Shown: piece by piece, positions 20,557 through 29,510 of the stretch
Numbering within the stretch: the first letter of the stretch is position 1
Layout: every line of letters starts with the position of its first letter
Virus record (IMG/VR): IMGVR_UViG_3300043447_000710
Coordinates: 88,641-152,640 of that record
Origin: a virus
Lineage: Duplodnaviria > Caudoviricetes
Reading direction: 5' to 3' (one strand)
DNA: 64,000 bases
Program-made: the position numbers and the translations under genes
Notes under the pieces: generated by a model
What the model saw: only the letters and a program-made list of their open reading frames with translations
The model's database searches: none
What the model was told of the DNA's origin: nothing

Positions 20557-20561
20557 AATAA

Positions 20562-20891
20562 TTATACGATAGGGGATTCGAGAATAGTAGTGCCGATCAG
20601 TTTAACGTTTTCGTCGTTGATATCTTTATCTGAAAGCAAGAAGATCCGCCAACCATTTGCAGACGCTAGGTTTTGCTTTTCGTAGTCTTTTTGAACGCCA
20701 GTGCCGCCAGAATGGCCGGATCTTGCCATCCAAATCCCACCTTGAACTTCAATAGCAATTTTAGTTTCTAAGTGAGCGAAGTCAAACTTAAAGCGACGAT
20801 TGGCAAGAAATTTGTACTCTGAGTGTAAGTCGATTTGGGGATAGATATGCACCCACAAGTCTGCGAATTTACGTTCTAAATGCGTTGACAT
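20562..20891 (-). CDS. Vsr/DUF559-like endonuclease
   Basis: EYKF...RRFKFDFA...KIAIEVQGG...D.EK.N.A...GWR. Confidence 0.8.
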   Translation of the reverse strand: MSTHLERKFADLWVHIYPQIDLHSEYKFLANRRFKFDFAHLETKIAIEVQGGIWMARSGHSGGTGVQKDYEKQNLASANGWRIFLLSDKDINDENVKLIGTTILESPIV

Positions 20892-20927
20892 ATATAAAAA
20901 GAGTTTTACTACAGACTACTAAAACAC

Positions 20928-20956
20928 TTAACCGCGCGTAGTTGTCGCGCGGTTAA
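20928..20956. terminator. Hairpin / terminator
   Basis: TTAACCGCGCG-tagttgt-CGCGCGGTTAA. Confidence 0.55.
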
Positions 20957-20960
20957 CTGC

Positions 20961-21638
20961 TCAATCAACCCAAGGAGAGTGAGTATTAGGAGCGTCGATG
21001 TAGTTCTCGTGCCAGTCGTCAGCCATCCATTCCCAGTGGCTTGTTTGCACGGAGCCTAGACCCCACTCGTTAGAAATGTCCTCGTGCGCGGGCATGTTCC
21101 GAGTCTCGGCTAAAGTTCTTCCAGCTCTAACTGCGTACTCCCAAAAAGCTTCGCTGGGCAGGCTATAGTCTAGATCCACATGTTTAGCTAGTCTCTTACT
21201 AAATTCGTCTGCTTCTAGCCATGAAAAGTGACTAGCTTCAGCTTTAGGATCGGCTTCTTGTTTAGAAACATTAAGCTCGTACTCAATTTTTGGTAGATTT
21301 TTAGCTACCCAATCCCATAAATCGTTTTTGATAGGATGAATGCTAATAAAAAAGTCAGGTATAGAAACTAGATGAGCTGGCCGTTCTGATGAATCTCCTG
21401 TTTCGTCATCGTCCGGCGAGCCCATTAAAAAGACATCACCTTTAATCTTTATTAGCTCTAGGTAAATGCCGTCCTCTTTAGAAATTTCATGTACGTATTT
21501 GTAGCCTTTGCGAGTTACGATGGTTTTAGCATCTGGTAACATTACTTCAAATTTATGAACTCGGCGTAAAAAAGGGAGTTTTGGTTTGCGATTACTGGAT
21601 TTGCGAACTGACGTATTCGTGGACTTGCGGTCTGACAT
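20961..21638 (-). CDS. C-terminally truncated FGE-sulfatase (CLec-fold) domain protein
   Basis: FLMGSP, E.P.H.V, LPSEA.WEYA.RAG, N.WGL, WEW..D.WH.NY..AP. Lacks the RGGSW...GFR end. Confidence 0.85.
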   Translation of the reverse strand: MSDRKSTNTSVRKSSNRKPKLPFLRRVHKFEVMLPDAKTIVTRKGYKYVHEISKEDGIYLELIKIKGDVFLMGSPDDDETGDSSERPAHLVSIPDFFISIHPIKNDLWDWVAKNLPKIEYELNVSKQEADPKAEASHFSWLEADEFSKRLAKHVDLDYSLPSEAFWEYAVRAGRTLAETRNMPAHEDISNEWGLGSVQTSHWEWMADDWHENYIDAPNTHSPWVD

Positions 21639-21945
21639 GTTGTAAATAGCGGTTGAGTAAATAGTGTAATTCGTAAAAGTTGTTGTCGTTTACTGCAAGG
21701 TTAGGTACTTGTAGTAGTCCGTATGTAGAAACTTGCTGTTGAAGTTCTGACGGTAAATTAAGATTTTGATTGGCGTACAATCTATCTAAGTAAGCTATTA
21801 CTTGAAAGTAATAGCGGATCTCTAACGATGTATCGGCGCGAATCACTGCATGAGTTAACAAACGATCGAGGTATAAAATCTTTGCAATTGGATTGTTAAA
21901 GGGTAAGGTTTGTAGATAACGATCTATCTCCTGTGTCTTATCCAT
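21592..21945 (-). CDS. Hypothetical protein
   Basis: Coupled ORF within the operon. Confidence 0.55.
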   Translation of the reverse strand: MDKTQEIDRYLQTLPFNNPIAKILYLDRLLTHAVIRADTSLEIRYYFQVIAYLDRLYANQNLNLPSELQQQVSTYGLLQVPNLAVNDNNFYELHYLLNRYLQHVRPQVHEYVSSQIQ

Positions 21946-22645
21946 CTAGCAGCTCCCCTTTAGCAGTAATTTTGTAAGCTTTCTTTAGCCAATCGTCCCC
22001 GCATTGGCGTTTACCGTACTTAGTTAACAGAATAGACATAGTGGAAAATTCATGTTTTGAATACCAGTGCCACCACGGTACTGCAAACATCTGACGCCAC
22101 CAACGAGGTGGATAAAGATGCCAGTTAGATTCGATCGTGCTGTAGTCAGCTTCTTGCAACAACCACAGCCAAGTGTGTGGCAAGCGGCGTAGATAAGATC
22201 TCCGCATCCCTAAAATCGGGCCGAGATCGAAAATAGTTTGTGGCAAGAAAGGATAAGGATGATTGAGTTTTGCTAGAGGGTATTCAGGTCTGCTAGCCAT
22301 AAGATGCTGTAGCTCTAAACTATACGCACTTTTGGCTAAAGCAATAGCTTTAGTCATCCAGCGATCGTTAGATACTTTAGCTGGCGTACCCAAGCGCCCG
22401 AGTATGTTTGGGCGGTCTAGGTAAACGAGATCGATATTGCCGGCGTAAAGCTGTAAATAAGAACTAAGATAAGCACTACGGCTACTAAGTAAGCTTGGTA
22501 AATGGCGGGTAAAGTCTAATTCGATTTGATTTATATGAATTAGTTTACGCGCTATTAACTTTTCATTTCTTACTAACAATCCTGCCAGCCAAATTCCGAC
22601 TAGAGCTTTATCTATTCCGAAGCTACCAATATAAATACAGTCCAT
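21938..22645 (-). CDS. Hypothetical protein
   Basis: Coupled ORF within the operon; Trp-rich C-terminus. Confidence 0.6.
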   Translation of the reverse strand: MDCIYIGSFGIDKALVGIWLAGLLVRNEKLIARKLIHINQIELDFTRHLPSLLSSRSAYLSSYLQLYAGNIDLVYLDRPNILGRLGTPAKVSNDRWMTKAIALAKSAYSLELQHLMASRPEYPLAKLNHPYPFLPQTIFDLGPILGMRRSYLRRLPHTWLWLLQEADYSTIESNWHLYPPRWWRQMFAVPWWHWYSKHEFSTMSILLTKYGKRQCGDDWLKKAYKITAKGELLDG

Positions 22646-22646
22646 C

Positions 22647-23738
22647 TTACAAAAAATAATCAGAAAGAGTTTTTAGCCAACCTCCATGCGTTAGAACTTT
22701 AGCTTCGATAGCTTGGCTTTCAAGCTCTGTAATAGTCAAGCCAGCAATGGCCTCTAGTAATGTTTGCAAATCGTGAATGGTTTCAACAGCTAAGGTGGGA
22801 ATAGATCTTAGTCCGCGTTGGTAATGGGCGTAAAGACTTTCTGCGTGCCAATTATAGTATTTGCAAACGTCAAAGCAGTCGGTAGCCCCTGAAATTGTTG
22901 GTAGTTTCCAACAAGAAATTTTTAGATCCGGTCGTTGGCGTTGTAACCAAGCTAGTTGAGGTAGTACGTACTGCCAACTTTTAGTCCGTTCGCCGCAACT
23001 GAAATCTTGATAATCACAATCGTAGACTGCGACTAAAGGCCGTTCTAGTTGTAGTAGTAGGTCTAAAGGCAAACGTTGAATTCCAAAACTGCCTAGAACT
23101 TCAATCCCTAAAACTTTAAGGGCTAAAGCGTCTGTAACGCCCTCGCATAAAAATAACGGTTCTGTAGATTTAAGATTTACTTGTTGAGGAAAGTAGAAAT
23201 ACTTATCGATCGAACCGTAAATGTTTGGTTTTGATGCCAGCCATTTGACTGGACTATCTTCTACAGCTCTAGCTTGAAAACCAACTATCTTGCCTCTAAA
23301 GTTTTTGACTGGAAATACTACTCTATTGCTAAATAACTCGCCTTTTTCAGAAGCCAGGCCGGCTAGTTCGATAGTTTTTCGATCGATACCAGCGGAGCGT
23401 AGGGTGTTCCCCTCTGGCGCATAACCCCAATCTACATCTAGCTCTGTCGGGTAGCCCCGCGAGACACTCCATTCCTTGGCTAACGAGTCGTGTTGTTGAT
23501 ACGCGCGCCAAAGGGGCAACATATCAAAAGATGGGAAGCTTTGTTGAGGAGCTTTTAACCCTAGCAGCTCTAAGCAGTCTAAGATTCCACCGCTAATGTT
23601 ACAGCGAAAGCATTTAAACGCTCTTCTGTAAATTTTGAGACTCGCCCCATGCTGCTTGCCGGGGTCGCACTTAGGACAGTGCAGTCGTTTGTGCGACTCC
23701 CCGTTAGCTTTAAGTAGTTCTGGAAGATCTGGCAGCAT
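22647..23738 (-). CDS. DnaG-like DNA primase
   Basis: Zn finger CPKC...FKCFRC, F.NRVVFP, GFQAR, TOPRIM LCEGVTDAL and YDCD. Confidence 0.92.
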   Translation of the reverse strand: MLPDLPELLKANGESHKRLHCPKCDPGKQHGASLKIYRRAFKCFRCNISGGILDCLELLGLKAPQQSFPSFDMLPLWRAYQQHDSLAKEWSVSRGYPTELDVDWGYAPEGNTLRSAGIDRKTIELAGLASEKGELFSNRVVFPVKNFRGKIVGFQARAVEDSPVKWLASKPNIYGSIDKYFYFPQQVNLKSTEPLFLCEGVTDALALKVLGIEVLGSFGIQRLPLDLLLQLERPLVAVYDCDYQDFSCGERTKSWQYVLPQLAWLQRQRPDLKISCWKLPTISGATDCFDVCKYYNWHAESLYAHYQRGLRSIPTLAVETIHDLQTLLEAIAGLTITELESQAIEAKVLTHGGWLKTLSDYFL

Positions 23739-23940
23739 CTTTTAAAGCTTCTTTGCTAAAAGTATTTAGAATTGGTAGCAACTCCGCTACATAATCAGCG
23801 ATCTTTGAAGAACTATCTGGCGCATCGAGGTTGGCAAACAGTTCGCTAATCTTAGCTTTACTAGAACTTTTTGTCACGCCCAAAGCATCTATTAGGTCTG
23901 CTACTTCAAGTACGGTCAATAGTAAAAGTAAATTTCCCAT
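23710..23940 (-). CDS. Hypothetical protein
   Basis: Short ORF within the operon. Confidence 0.5.
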   Translation of the reverse strand: MGNLLLLLTVLEVADLIDALGVTKSSSKAKISELFANLDAPDSSSKIADYVAELLPILNTFSKEALKDAARSSRTT

Positions 23941-23953
23941 TAATTTACAACCG

Positions 23954-25399
23954 TTATAAGAGTTCGATAAGTTTGGTTACAGAAGGTAGGATCTTACAGC
24001 AAGTGTATCCATATTTAAGCTGATTCGCTTCAAATCTTCGCTCTGCTCGCCGCCGAAAGAAATAATCGCCGTCTCTAAAGTCGATAATTACAGACCTGGC
24101 TTTTTGATAGGACGCATTAGCTCTAAGGGCACGGCCGACCTGTTGCCAAGTAAGACCTTCGGCAGAACGAGACCCAGCTAAAATTAAAAACTCTAGTTCT
24201 GGAAAATCGACTCCTTGTTTTAAGATCGAACTACCAATCAAAACCTCTGTTTCGCCAGTAGTAAAAGCGTCGATTATTTGCGTGCGCTGTTTCTTTTTAG
24301 TCTTGCCATCTACTAAAGGAGCTGTTACTCCTCGGCGTTCTAGCTCTAGTTGAATTGCTTCGCCATGATCTCTATAGTCGAACAGAATCAAGATATTTCC
24401 TTGGCGGCTCGTAAGCTTTTGTAGTTCTAAAACTAAATCTACGATCGTCTTGGTTCTGGCGGCATTAGTAGTAATAGCGTATTTGTAAAGCTTGAGAATC
24501 TCTAGATGACTTGGAGCTTTAGGAATAAGCGGGGGGTTGCGACGTTCTACTTTGTAACGATCGGGCAGTTCGATTTGGTAATAATCGGGCAGAATAATAC
24601 CGCCGCACTTTGCTACTTGTTGGGGAGAGACCTTATAAATAGTCGGTCCGCACACGCCTTCTACAATCAGATCGGCGCCATCATTGCGCTCTGGCGTTGC
24701 CGATAAACCCATGACTCGACTCTGAGTTGTTAAAGTGATTGCTAGTGTCAGATAAGAATTAGACCCTGCTGAATGAGCTTCGTCGTGAATGCAAATCTGT
24801 ACTCCTTGTAGCTTAGGTTCTCTGCTAGTAGCTAGTGCTACTAGAGAGTTGATTACGCCGATAGTAATTCGTTGCCAATCACCATGCCCGTTGCCTAACC
24901 TACCGATCGGCTCGTTAAAAGCTTCACTAAAAGTACAGTAAGTTTGCTCTAGCAAATCTACTGACGGGACGGTAAACAAAATCCGGGCGTTAGGAAAGTG
25001 TTTTAGGTACCAGATCGCCGTTAAAGTTTTACCAGACGCGGTTGGCATCTCTACCAAGCCGCGTAGGTTTTCTATCATTTTGCTAATCGCAGTAACTTGG
25101 TAGTCGCGCAAGTACTCTGGTAATTCTACGACACTAGGATTGACTATAGGATGTAAGTTGCGTCCGTTAATCTTTAAACCCATAGAGGAAAATTTAGTTA
25201 CTACCCTTTGCAGCAATCCTGTTGGGAAACAGTCTTCTGCAAAAAGACAGAAACGGCTTTCGATATTTCGATGTAAAGATTTAGCCTCGTAGGCTAAGGC
25301 TCTATTTGTAAACGTAAGCTCGGCTTCAATCCGAGAGCGCATTTCCGGATCGAGATCCGTAAAACGCGCTAAGGCTCCATCAAATTCAAGAGTGGACAT
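23954..25399 (-). CDS. Superfamily II (UvsW/XPB-like) helicase
   Basis: LRDYQ, MPTASGKT, DEAH, GLSATPER, GVDFP, QQVGRALR. Confidence 0.93.
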   Translation of the reverse strand: MSTLEFDGALARFTDLDPEMRSRIEAELTFTNRALAYEAKSLHRNIESRFCLFAEDCFPTGLLQRVVTKFSSMGLKINGRNLHPIVNPSVVELPEYLRDYQVTAISKMIENLRGLVEMPTASGKTLTAIWYLKHFPNARILFTVPSVDLLEQTYCTFSEAFNEPIGRLGNGHGDWQRITIGVINSLVALATSREPKLQGVQICIHDEAHSAGSNSYLTLAITLTTQSRVMGLSATPERNDGADLIVEGVCGPTIYKVSPQQVAKCGGIILPDYYQIELPDRYKVERRNPPLIPKAPSHLEILKLYKYAITTNAARTKTIVDLVLELQKLTSRQGNILILFDYRDHGEAIQLELERRGVTAPLVDGKTKKKQRTQIIDAFTTGETEVLIGSSILKQGVDFPELEFLILAGSRSAEGLTWQQVGRALRANASYQKARSVIIDFRDGDYFFRRRAERRFEANQLKYGYTCCKILPSVTKLIELL

Positions 25400-25410
25400 C
25401 GTTAAAATTG

Positions 25411-26646
25411 TTAGCTGATATTTCCGAACAGTTTTCCGGCTGCGGCTCGTGCTGCTAGATCTTTAACGTCAGCAGAGACGCTACTAGGTTCTGAAGTCAG
25501 TTCGATCGCAGCCGCCAGTTGTGTTGTCGGTTGAGAAGGCTCTGAATAAACCTCTAAAGCTTTATCTGTTTTAGAACGTTCGTCAGAGTAGGCTGTTAAG
25601 GCCTTATCTAACATTGCATGGCGCGCACCTAAGTCTAGATTCTGCTCTAATGGTGAAGTCGAATACAAAAAGCAATGACTGGTTTTGCCAACGTTGTCGG
25701 TAAGTTTGGCTACAAACATTTGAGTGGGGTAAGCAAGAGTTTGAAATGGTGTATTTTCAAATTCAATCAATAAAGTCGAATTAGGTTCTTGCTTTTGATA
25801 CAAGTTTGTAACGTATTTGTTTGCATTAACGGCACTGCTAGGGACGTGAGAATTAATCTTTGCTACTAAATCTACAAGCGGTTTGGAATAAAGGTCTGGA
25901 TAAGCAACTTTATTAACCAAGACGAAACCGTCGCCTAAAGACTTGATTCCTAAATCTTTAACAGTTACCCATTGAAGCTTGCCCTCGCGACCTTTAAAGG
26001 CAACTTTGTAGATAAAAAAGGCAAATTCACCGCTTGTTTTACAGCTTTGTTCGCCGTATCTGTCTTGATTGTTAGCAAGACATTCGCTGCACTTTAATTG
26101 TAAAGGGCGGCCGGTTTTCTCAGCGAACTCTGGGCTTGCAGTACCGTACGTGTCAAAGTTTTTACCGGCATAAACACCTGGTGCATCTTTGTCTTCGTTG
26201 TATTTCCGAAAATTGTAGGTAATACCAGTACTAGATTGGAGCGGAAATCGCCCCAATACGGTTTTCGATTCGCCGTTTCCCAAGTGCAAAACCGCCTTAC
26301 TAGTCTGACAGTGCCCTCCTGCTTTGCGCTCGTTAGGAAGTTCTTGTTTGTAATTGCTTAGCTGAGCTCCGATAAAGTAACCGATCGGCATTCCTTCGAG
26401 CGCCAGAAATTGATGCAGAATAGTTTCGCCGTTGACGTCAGTTAACCCAAATACATCGTCTGGAGTAAATGGTTCTTCAGGTTGACCGCCTTTTACAGGT
26501 TTGTTGATAGTAACGTAACCAGCACTTAAGTCACTACGATAATGATCGTAGTAACGAGGACAGATACCGAACCCAGTATCGGCTTCAGCAGCTTGTTGGG
26601 TGTAAAAAGACTTTTCAGTTTGGATGACTTTAGTTAGAAAAGACAT
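25411..26646 (-). CDS. Hypothetical replication-module protein (possible SSB/annealing protein)
   Basis: Likely start MSFLTK at 26646. Suggested only by its position in the replisome cluster and a low-complexity tail. Confidence 0.4.
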   Translation of the reverse strand: MSFLTKVIQTEKSFYTQQAAEADTGFGICPRYYDHYRSDLSAGYVTINKPVKGGQPEEPFTPDDVFGLTDVNGETILHQFLALEGMPIGYFIGAQLSNYKQELPNERKAGGHCQTSKAVLHLGNGESKTVLGRFPLQSSTGITYNFRKYNEDKDAPGVYAGKNFDTYGTASPEFAEKTGRPLQLKCSECLANNQDRYGEQSCKTSGEFAFFIYKVAFKGREGKLQWVTVKDLGIKSLGDGFVLVNKVAYPDLYSKPLVDLVAKINSHVPSSAVNANKYVTNLYQKQEPNSTLLIEFENTPFQTLAYPTQMFVAKLTDNVGKTSHCFLYSTSPLEQNLDLGARHAMLDKALTAYSDERSKTDKALEVYSEPSQPTTQLAAAIELTSEPSSVSADVKDLAARAAAGKLFGNIS

Positions 26647-26648
26647 AG

Positions 26649-27479
26649 TTAATTGAGATGATAAATGGATAATAATTCTCGCCAACGTTTGAACGCTAGC
26701 AGGTCAAATTCGCAGTAGTACCAGGTTGCATACCGGCTTACGCCTAGCCTTCTTTGAGATGTCGATCTCATAGTAGAGGATTGCAACCACCTGCCAAAAC
26801 TTCTAAGGTACAAGGGATTTAAAGACTTGGCAAATGCAGCTGAAAATGGCTGCATAAAAGCAGCTAGTCCCCGACATTTACCGCGTTTAGGATCCCCTAT
26901 GTAAAGCTGGAAGTTTTGTTTGCCAGCAAATAGATACATTGCTTGAGCTTGGTTAAGATGTGTCCATCTCTGTATACCTTTTAAATCTAGTAGGCATTCT
27001 AAATAGCTTGAATAACCCTGGTCTTTATCCATTACTAGGCTTGTTGAATTCGAACTATAATAAGCAGTTGAAGGAAGGCGCTCCAATCCTTCAGCTATAT
27101 TAATATTCTGAAACTCTTTGAAGTCTTTAGCTAATATTTTAGAGCCAATATTTAAATTCCAAATGCTTGTGTTTTGAGCTAGGTTTGATAGTTTAGAGTT
27201 ATTGATAGCAAAGACTATATTATTAGCTCCGGCTTCTGCGTAGAACCCATTACTTAAAGATAGCTCTAGACAATCGCAAATAGTTTGAGTCGGTCGATCG
27301 TAATCGGTGACTACGGCACTAAGAAACTTATCGATAGTGTCCGTATAACTGTAAACATTTTGAATCCCTGCGGCTCTAGCAGACCACACTAACTGTTGAG
27401 CGTTAGCGTCCGTAATATAAATCCGTCCAGGGTTCTTGTAATAATCTTGTGACAAAAGAGGGTTTGCAGTCATTAGCAA
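26649..27479 (-). CDS. Hypothetical protein, possibly a clamp-loader accessory (delta-like) subunit
   Basis: Directly downstream of the DnaX-like gene; positional evidence only. Confidence 0.35.
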   Translation of the reverse strand: MLMTANPLLSQDYYKNPGRIYITDANAQQLVWSARAAGIQNVYSYTDTIDKFLSAVVTDYDRPTQTICDCLELSLSNGFYAEAGANNIVFAINNSKLSNLAQNTSIWNLNIGSKILAKDFKEFQNINIAEGLERLPSTAYYSSNSTSLVMDKDQGYSSYLECLLDLKGIQRWTHLNQAQAMYLFAGKQNFQLYIGDPKRGKCRGLAAFMQPFSAAFAKSLNPLYLRSFGRWLQSSTMRSTSQRRLGVSRYATWYYCEFDLLAFKRWRELLSIYHLN

Positions 27480-28551
27480 TTGCCTGAGCGAATGTAAGCG
27501 GCCAGTTTAACTGTTTGAGATTGAGAAGCGTGTAAGTAAACGATAGCCTACTAGGATTATTAGCAACTTGGCTTAAAAGTAGCGTCGCACTCCACCATAA
27601 ATCTTCTCCTAATAACTCCCAGTGCTTGTCTAGATCTTCTTGCAGCTTTTCATTAATGTGTTCTACTGACTTATTTGCAATCAAAGAATCTACTGCTTTT
27701 TTAAATTCTGCTGAAATGGGTTTGCTAAGTATCAAGTTCCAAATCTTAAAGGAACTTTCGATATCGTCTAGAGATAGCTTTAGAGATACGGACTCTAAAG
27801 TCACTGGCTGAATAAAGTCTAGACAATCTTTGTAAGCTGCTAAAGCTCCGCGCACGCTGCCGTTTGCATACTTAGCTAGGACCTCACATACTTGTGGCGA
27901 GACTTGAAACTTAGAGTATAAGTACGAACTTAGCTGCGTTTGGGTGGGAGTTTGTAAGTTTAGCACCGCTCCGCGCTGAGATACTGCTTGACGAGCTTGC
28001 GCGTCTAGCTGCTCGATCGCCATAGAGATAAATACTAAGACTACTCTGTCTCGTAACGGATCGAACGCATCACTTCGAGCCAAGCATCTTTGAAATAAGT
28101 GCTTTGGAAGTAGGTGAGCTTCCTCGAAAACAATAAACAAAATATCGGCGTGAGGTCTACCAGTGTAAGAAGGTCCCCTGTCCGCAGCGTGAAGTGCATC
28201 TATTACTGCAGCTTGATAAGTAATTTCCTTATTATCTCCGTCCTTGCTATTTTGAGCGGAAACCCAAACAACATTACCATATCCAGACTCATACTGCGGA
28301 TCGCTGTTACAAATCGCACAGTTGCCACAAGCATCAGTACCTCCTGGCTCTCTGTTCAGGCAATGAGTAGCTTGAACCATTAGTTTCGCACTTACAGTCT
28401 TGCCAGAACCAGTGCTACCAAAAAAGCAAACAGAACTAGGAATGCTGTCCTTCGCAAGCCAGCTTTTGATAGTTGCTATAGCAACGTCTTGGAAGCATAC
28501 TTGTTGTAACGTTCTAGGCCTATTTAGATAAGGAAAGTTAGTAACTGCCAT
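27403..28551 (-). CDS. dnaX: DNA polymerase III gamma/tau-like clamp loader ATPase
   Basis: RP.TL..V..Q, GSTGSGKT, C...ACGNCAIC zinc module, FEEAHLL, SQR, GSVR.A. Confidence 0.9.
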   Translation of the reverse strand: MAVTNFPYLNRPRTLQQVCFQDVAIATIKSWLAKDSIPSSVCFFGSTGSGKTVSAKLMVQATHCLNREPGGTDACGNCAICNSDPQYESGYGNVVWVSAQNSKDGDNKEITYQAAVIDALHAADRGPSYTGRPHADILFIVFEEAHLLPKHLFQRCLARSDAFDPLRDRVVLVFISMAIEQLDAQARQAVSQRGAVLNLQTPTQTQLSSYLYSKFQVSPQVCEVLAKYANGSVRGALAAYKDCLDFIQPVTLESVSLKLSLDDIESSFKIWNLILSKPISAEFKKAVDSLIANKSVEHINEKLQEDLDKHWELLGEDLWWSATLLLSQVANNPSRLSFTYTLLNLKQLNWPLTFAQAIANDCKPSFVTRLLQEPWTDLYYGR

Positions 28552-28602
28552 AGTACGTATAAACTATAATAAGCTGGTATGTACATGTTAACTCAAATCG
28601 AG

Positions 28603-29343
28603 CTAACTCAAAAGAAATTGTTTTAAAGGTTTAAGATCCTCTTTAAATACTTCAACTGGCGTGTAACAGTATTTATTTAAAGGAACTCTATCGACGATAG
28701 TTTTGAGTTTAGTTCTGTAATCGATAACTACGTTAGATTCTATATAACTAATACTCCGAGCGTAAGACGCTGGATTGTAGGTGCAGACCGCAGCGTGTGA
28801 GCCGCAAAAGAAAGACGACCTTAATAAAGAGGACACTGTCGTTCCTGGAATATCTGGATATAACAACCGCAAAGCTTCTAGAGCGCGGGCGCCGGCAATT
28901 AAAAGAGCGGCTTTAGGCGCTGCTTGGTTTAGTAAGTCAAACTCAACTTGCAGCCAATTACGAGTGCAAGTTTGAAGATGCTTGCCGTTAATAGCGGCTT
29001 TGCGCCCATTGTGGCTAGGGTCGCACTTCAGAGCATTTGTAAACCAAATCTGTTCGCGATCGTCGAGGCCATACTCTTGGCTTAAGATGTCGCGAATAAA
29101 CCTGCCAGAATTTGGCTTTGTAAACTTGGCGCTGCGCTTGCGTTGAGAAAATGCCCAATCGTTAGGCACTTGCGGAAAATCAAATTCAGTTTCGTAGGCG
29201 CCTGGATAATCACTAACTACAATTAGTTTGACAGCTGTTAGATCTTGAGGTCCGTTCCCTGACACTGAAAAGTTAGTCGATAAGTTGCAAGCTTTGCACT
29301 GACGGTCGATTGGAATTGGAGACTTAAAATAATAACTTGTCAT
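28603..29343 (-). CDS. Family-4-like uracil-DNA glycosylase
   Basis: CKACNL, VVSDYPG, SG..I, TNALKC.P, C...WL..E, TYNP. Confidence 0.8.
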   Translation of the reverse strand: MTSYYFKSPIPIDRQCKACNLSTNFSVSGNGPQDLTAVKLIVVSDYPGAYETEFDFPQVPNDWAFSQRKRSAKFTKPNSGRFIRDILSQEYGLDDREQIWFTNALKCDPSHNGRKAAINGKHLQTCTRNWLQVEFDLLNQAAPKAALLIAGARALEALRLLYPDIPGTTVSSLLRSSFFCGSHAAVCTYNPASYARSISYIESNVVIDYRTKLKTIVDRVPLNKYCYTPVEVFKEDLKPLKQFLLS

Positions 29344-29345
29344 TT

Positions 29346-29510
29346 TTAATTCTTAACCTGAATATAAGATTCGCACTTATCTCCGCTAGGTTTAAAATCA
29401 CTTACTAAGATATACGGCTCTTTATTAGCTAGGTATGATAGGTACCGATCGCAGCTTTTGGAGCTCGGGCATTCTTTATTAGTACATTTGGAATAGTCGT
29501 TAGGTAGCAT
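29346..29510 (-). CDS. 54-aa Cys-rich phage protein (MLPNDYSKCTNKECPSSKSCDRY...CESY)
   Basis: Translated by hand; fills the gap between the clamp-like and UDG genes with coupled start and stop. Confidence 0.65.
   Translation of the reverse strand: MLPNDYSKCTNKECPSSKSCDRYLSYLANKEPYILVSDFKPSGDKCESYIQVKN

Noticed and set aside
20961-21638. Diversity-generating retroelement
   Set aside because: No reverse transcriptase or TR/VR pair in the window, and the variable-region segment is missing.
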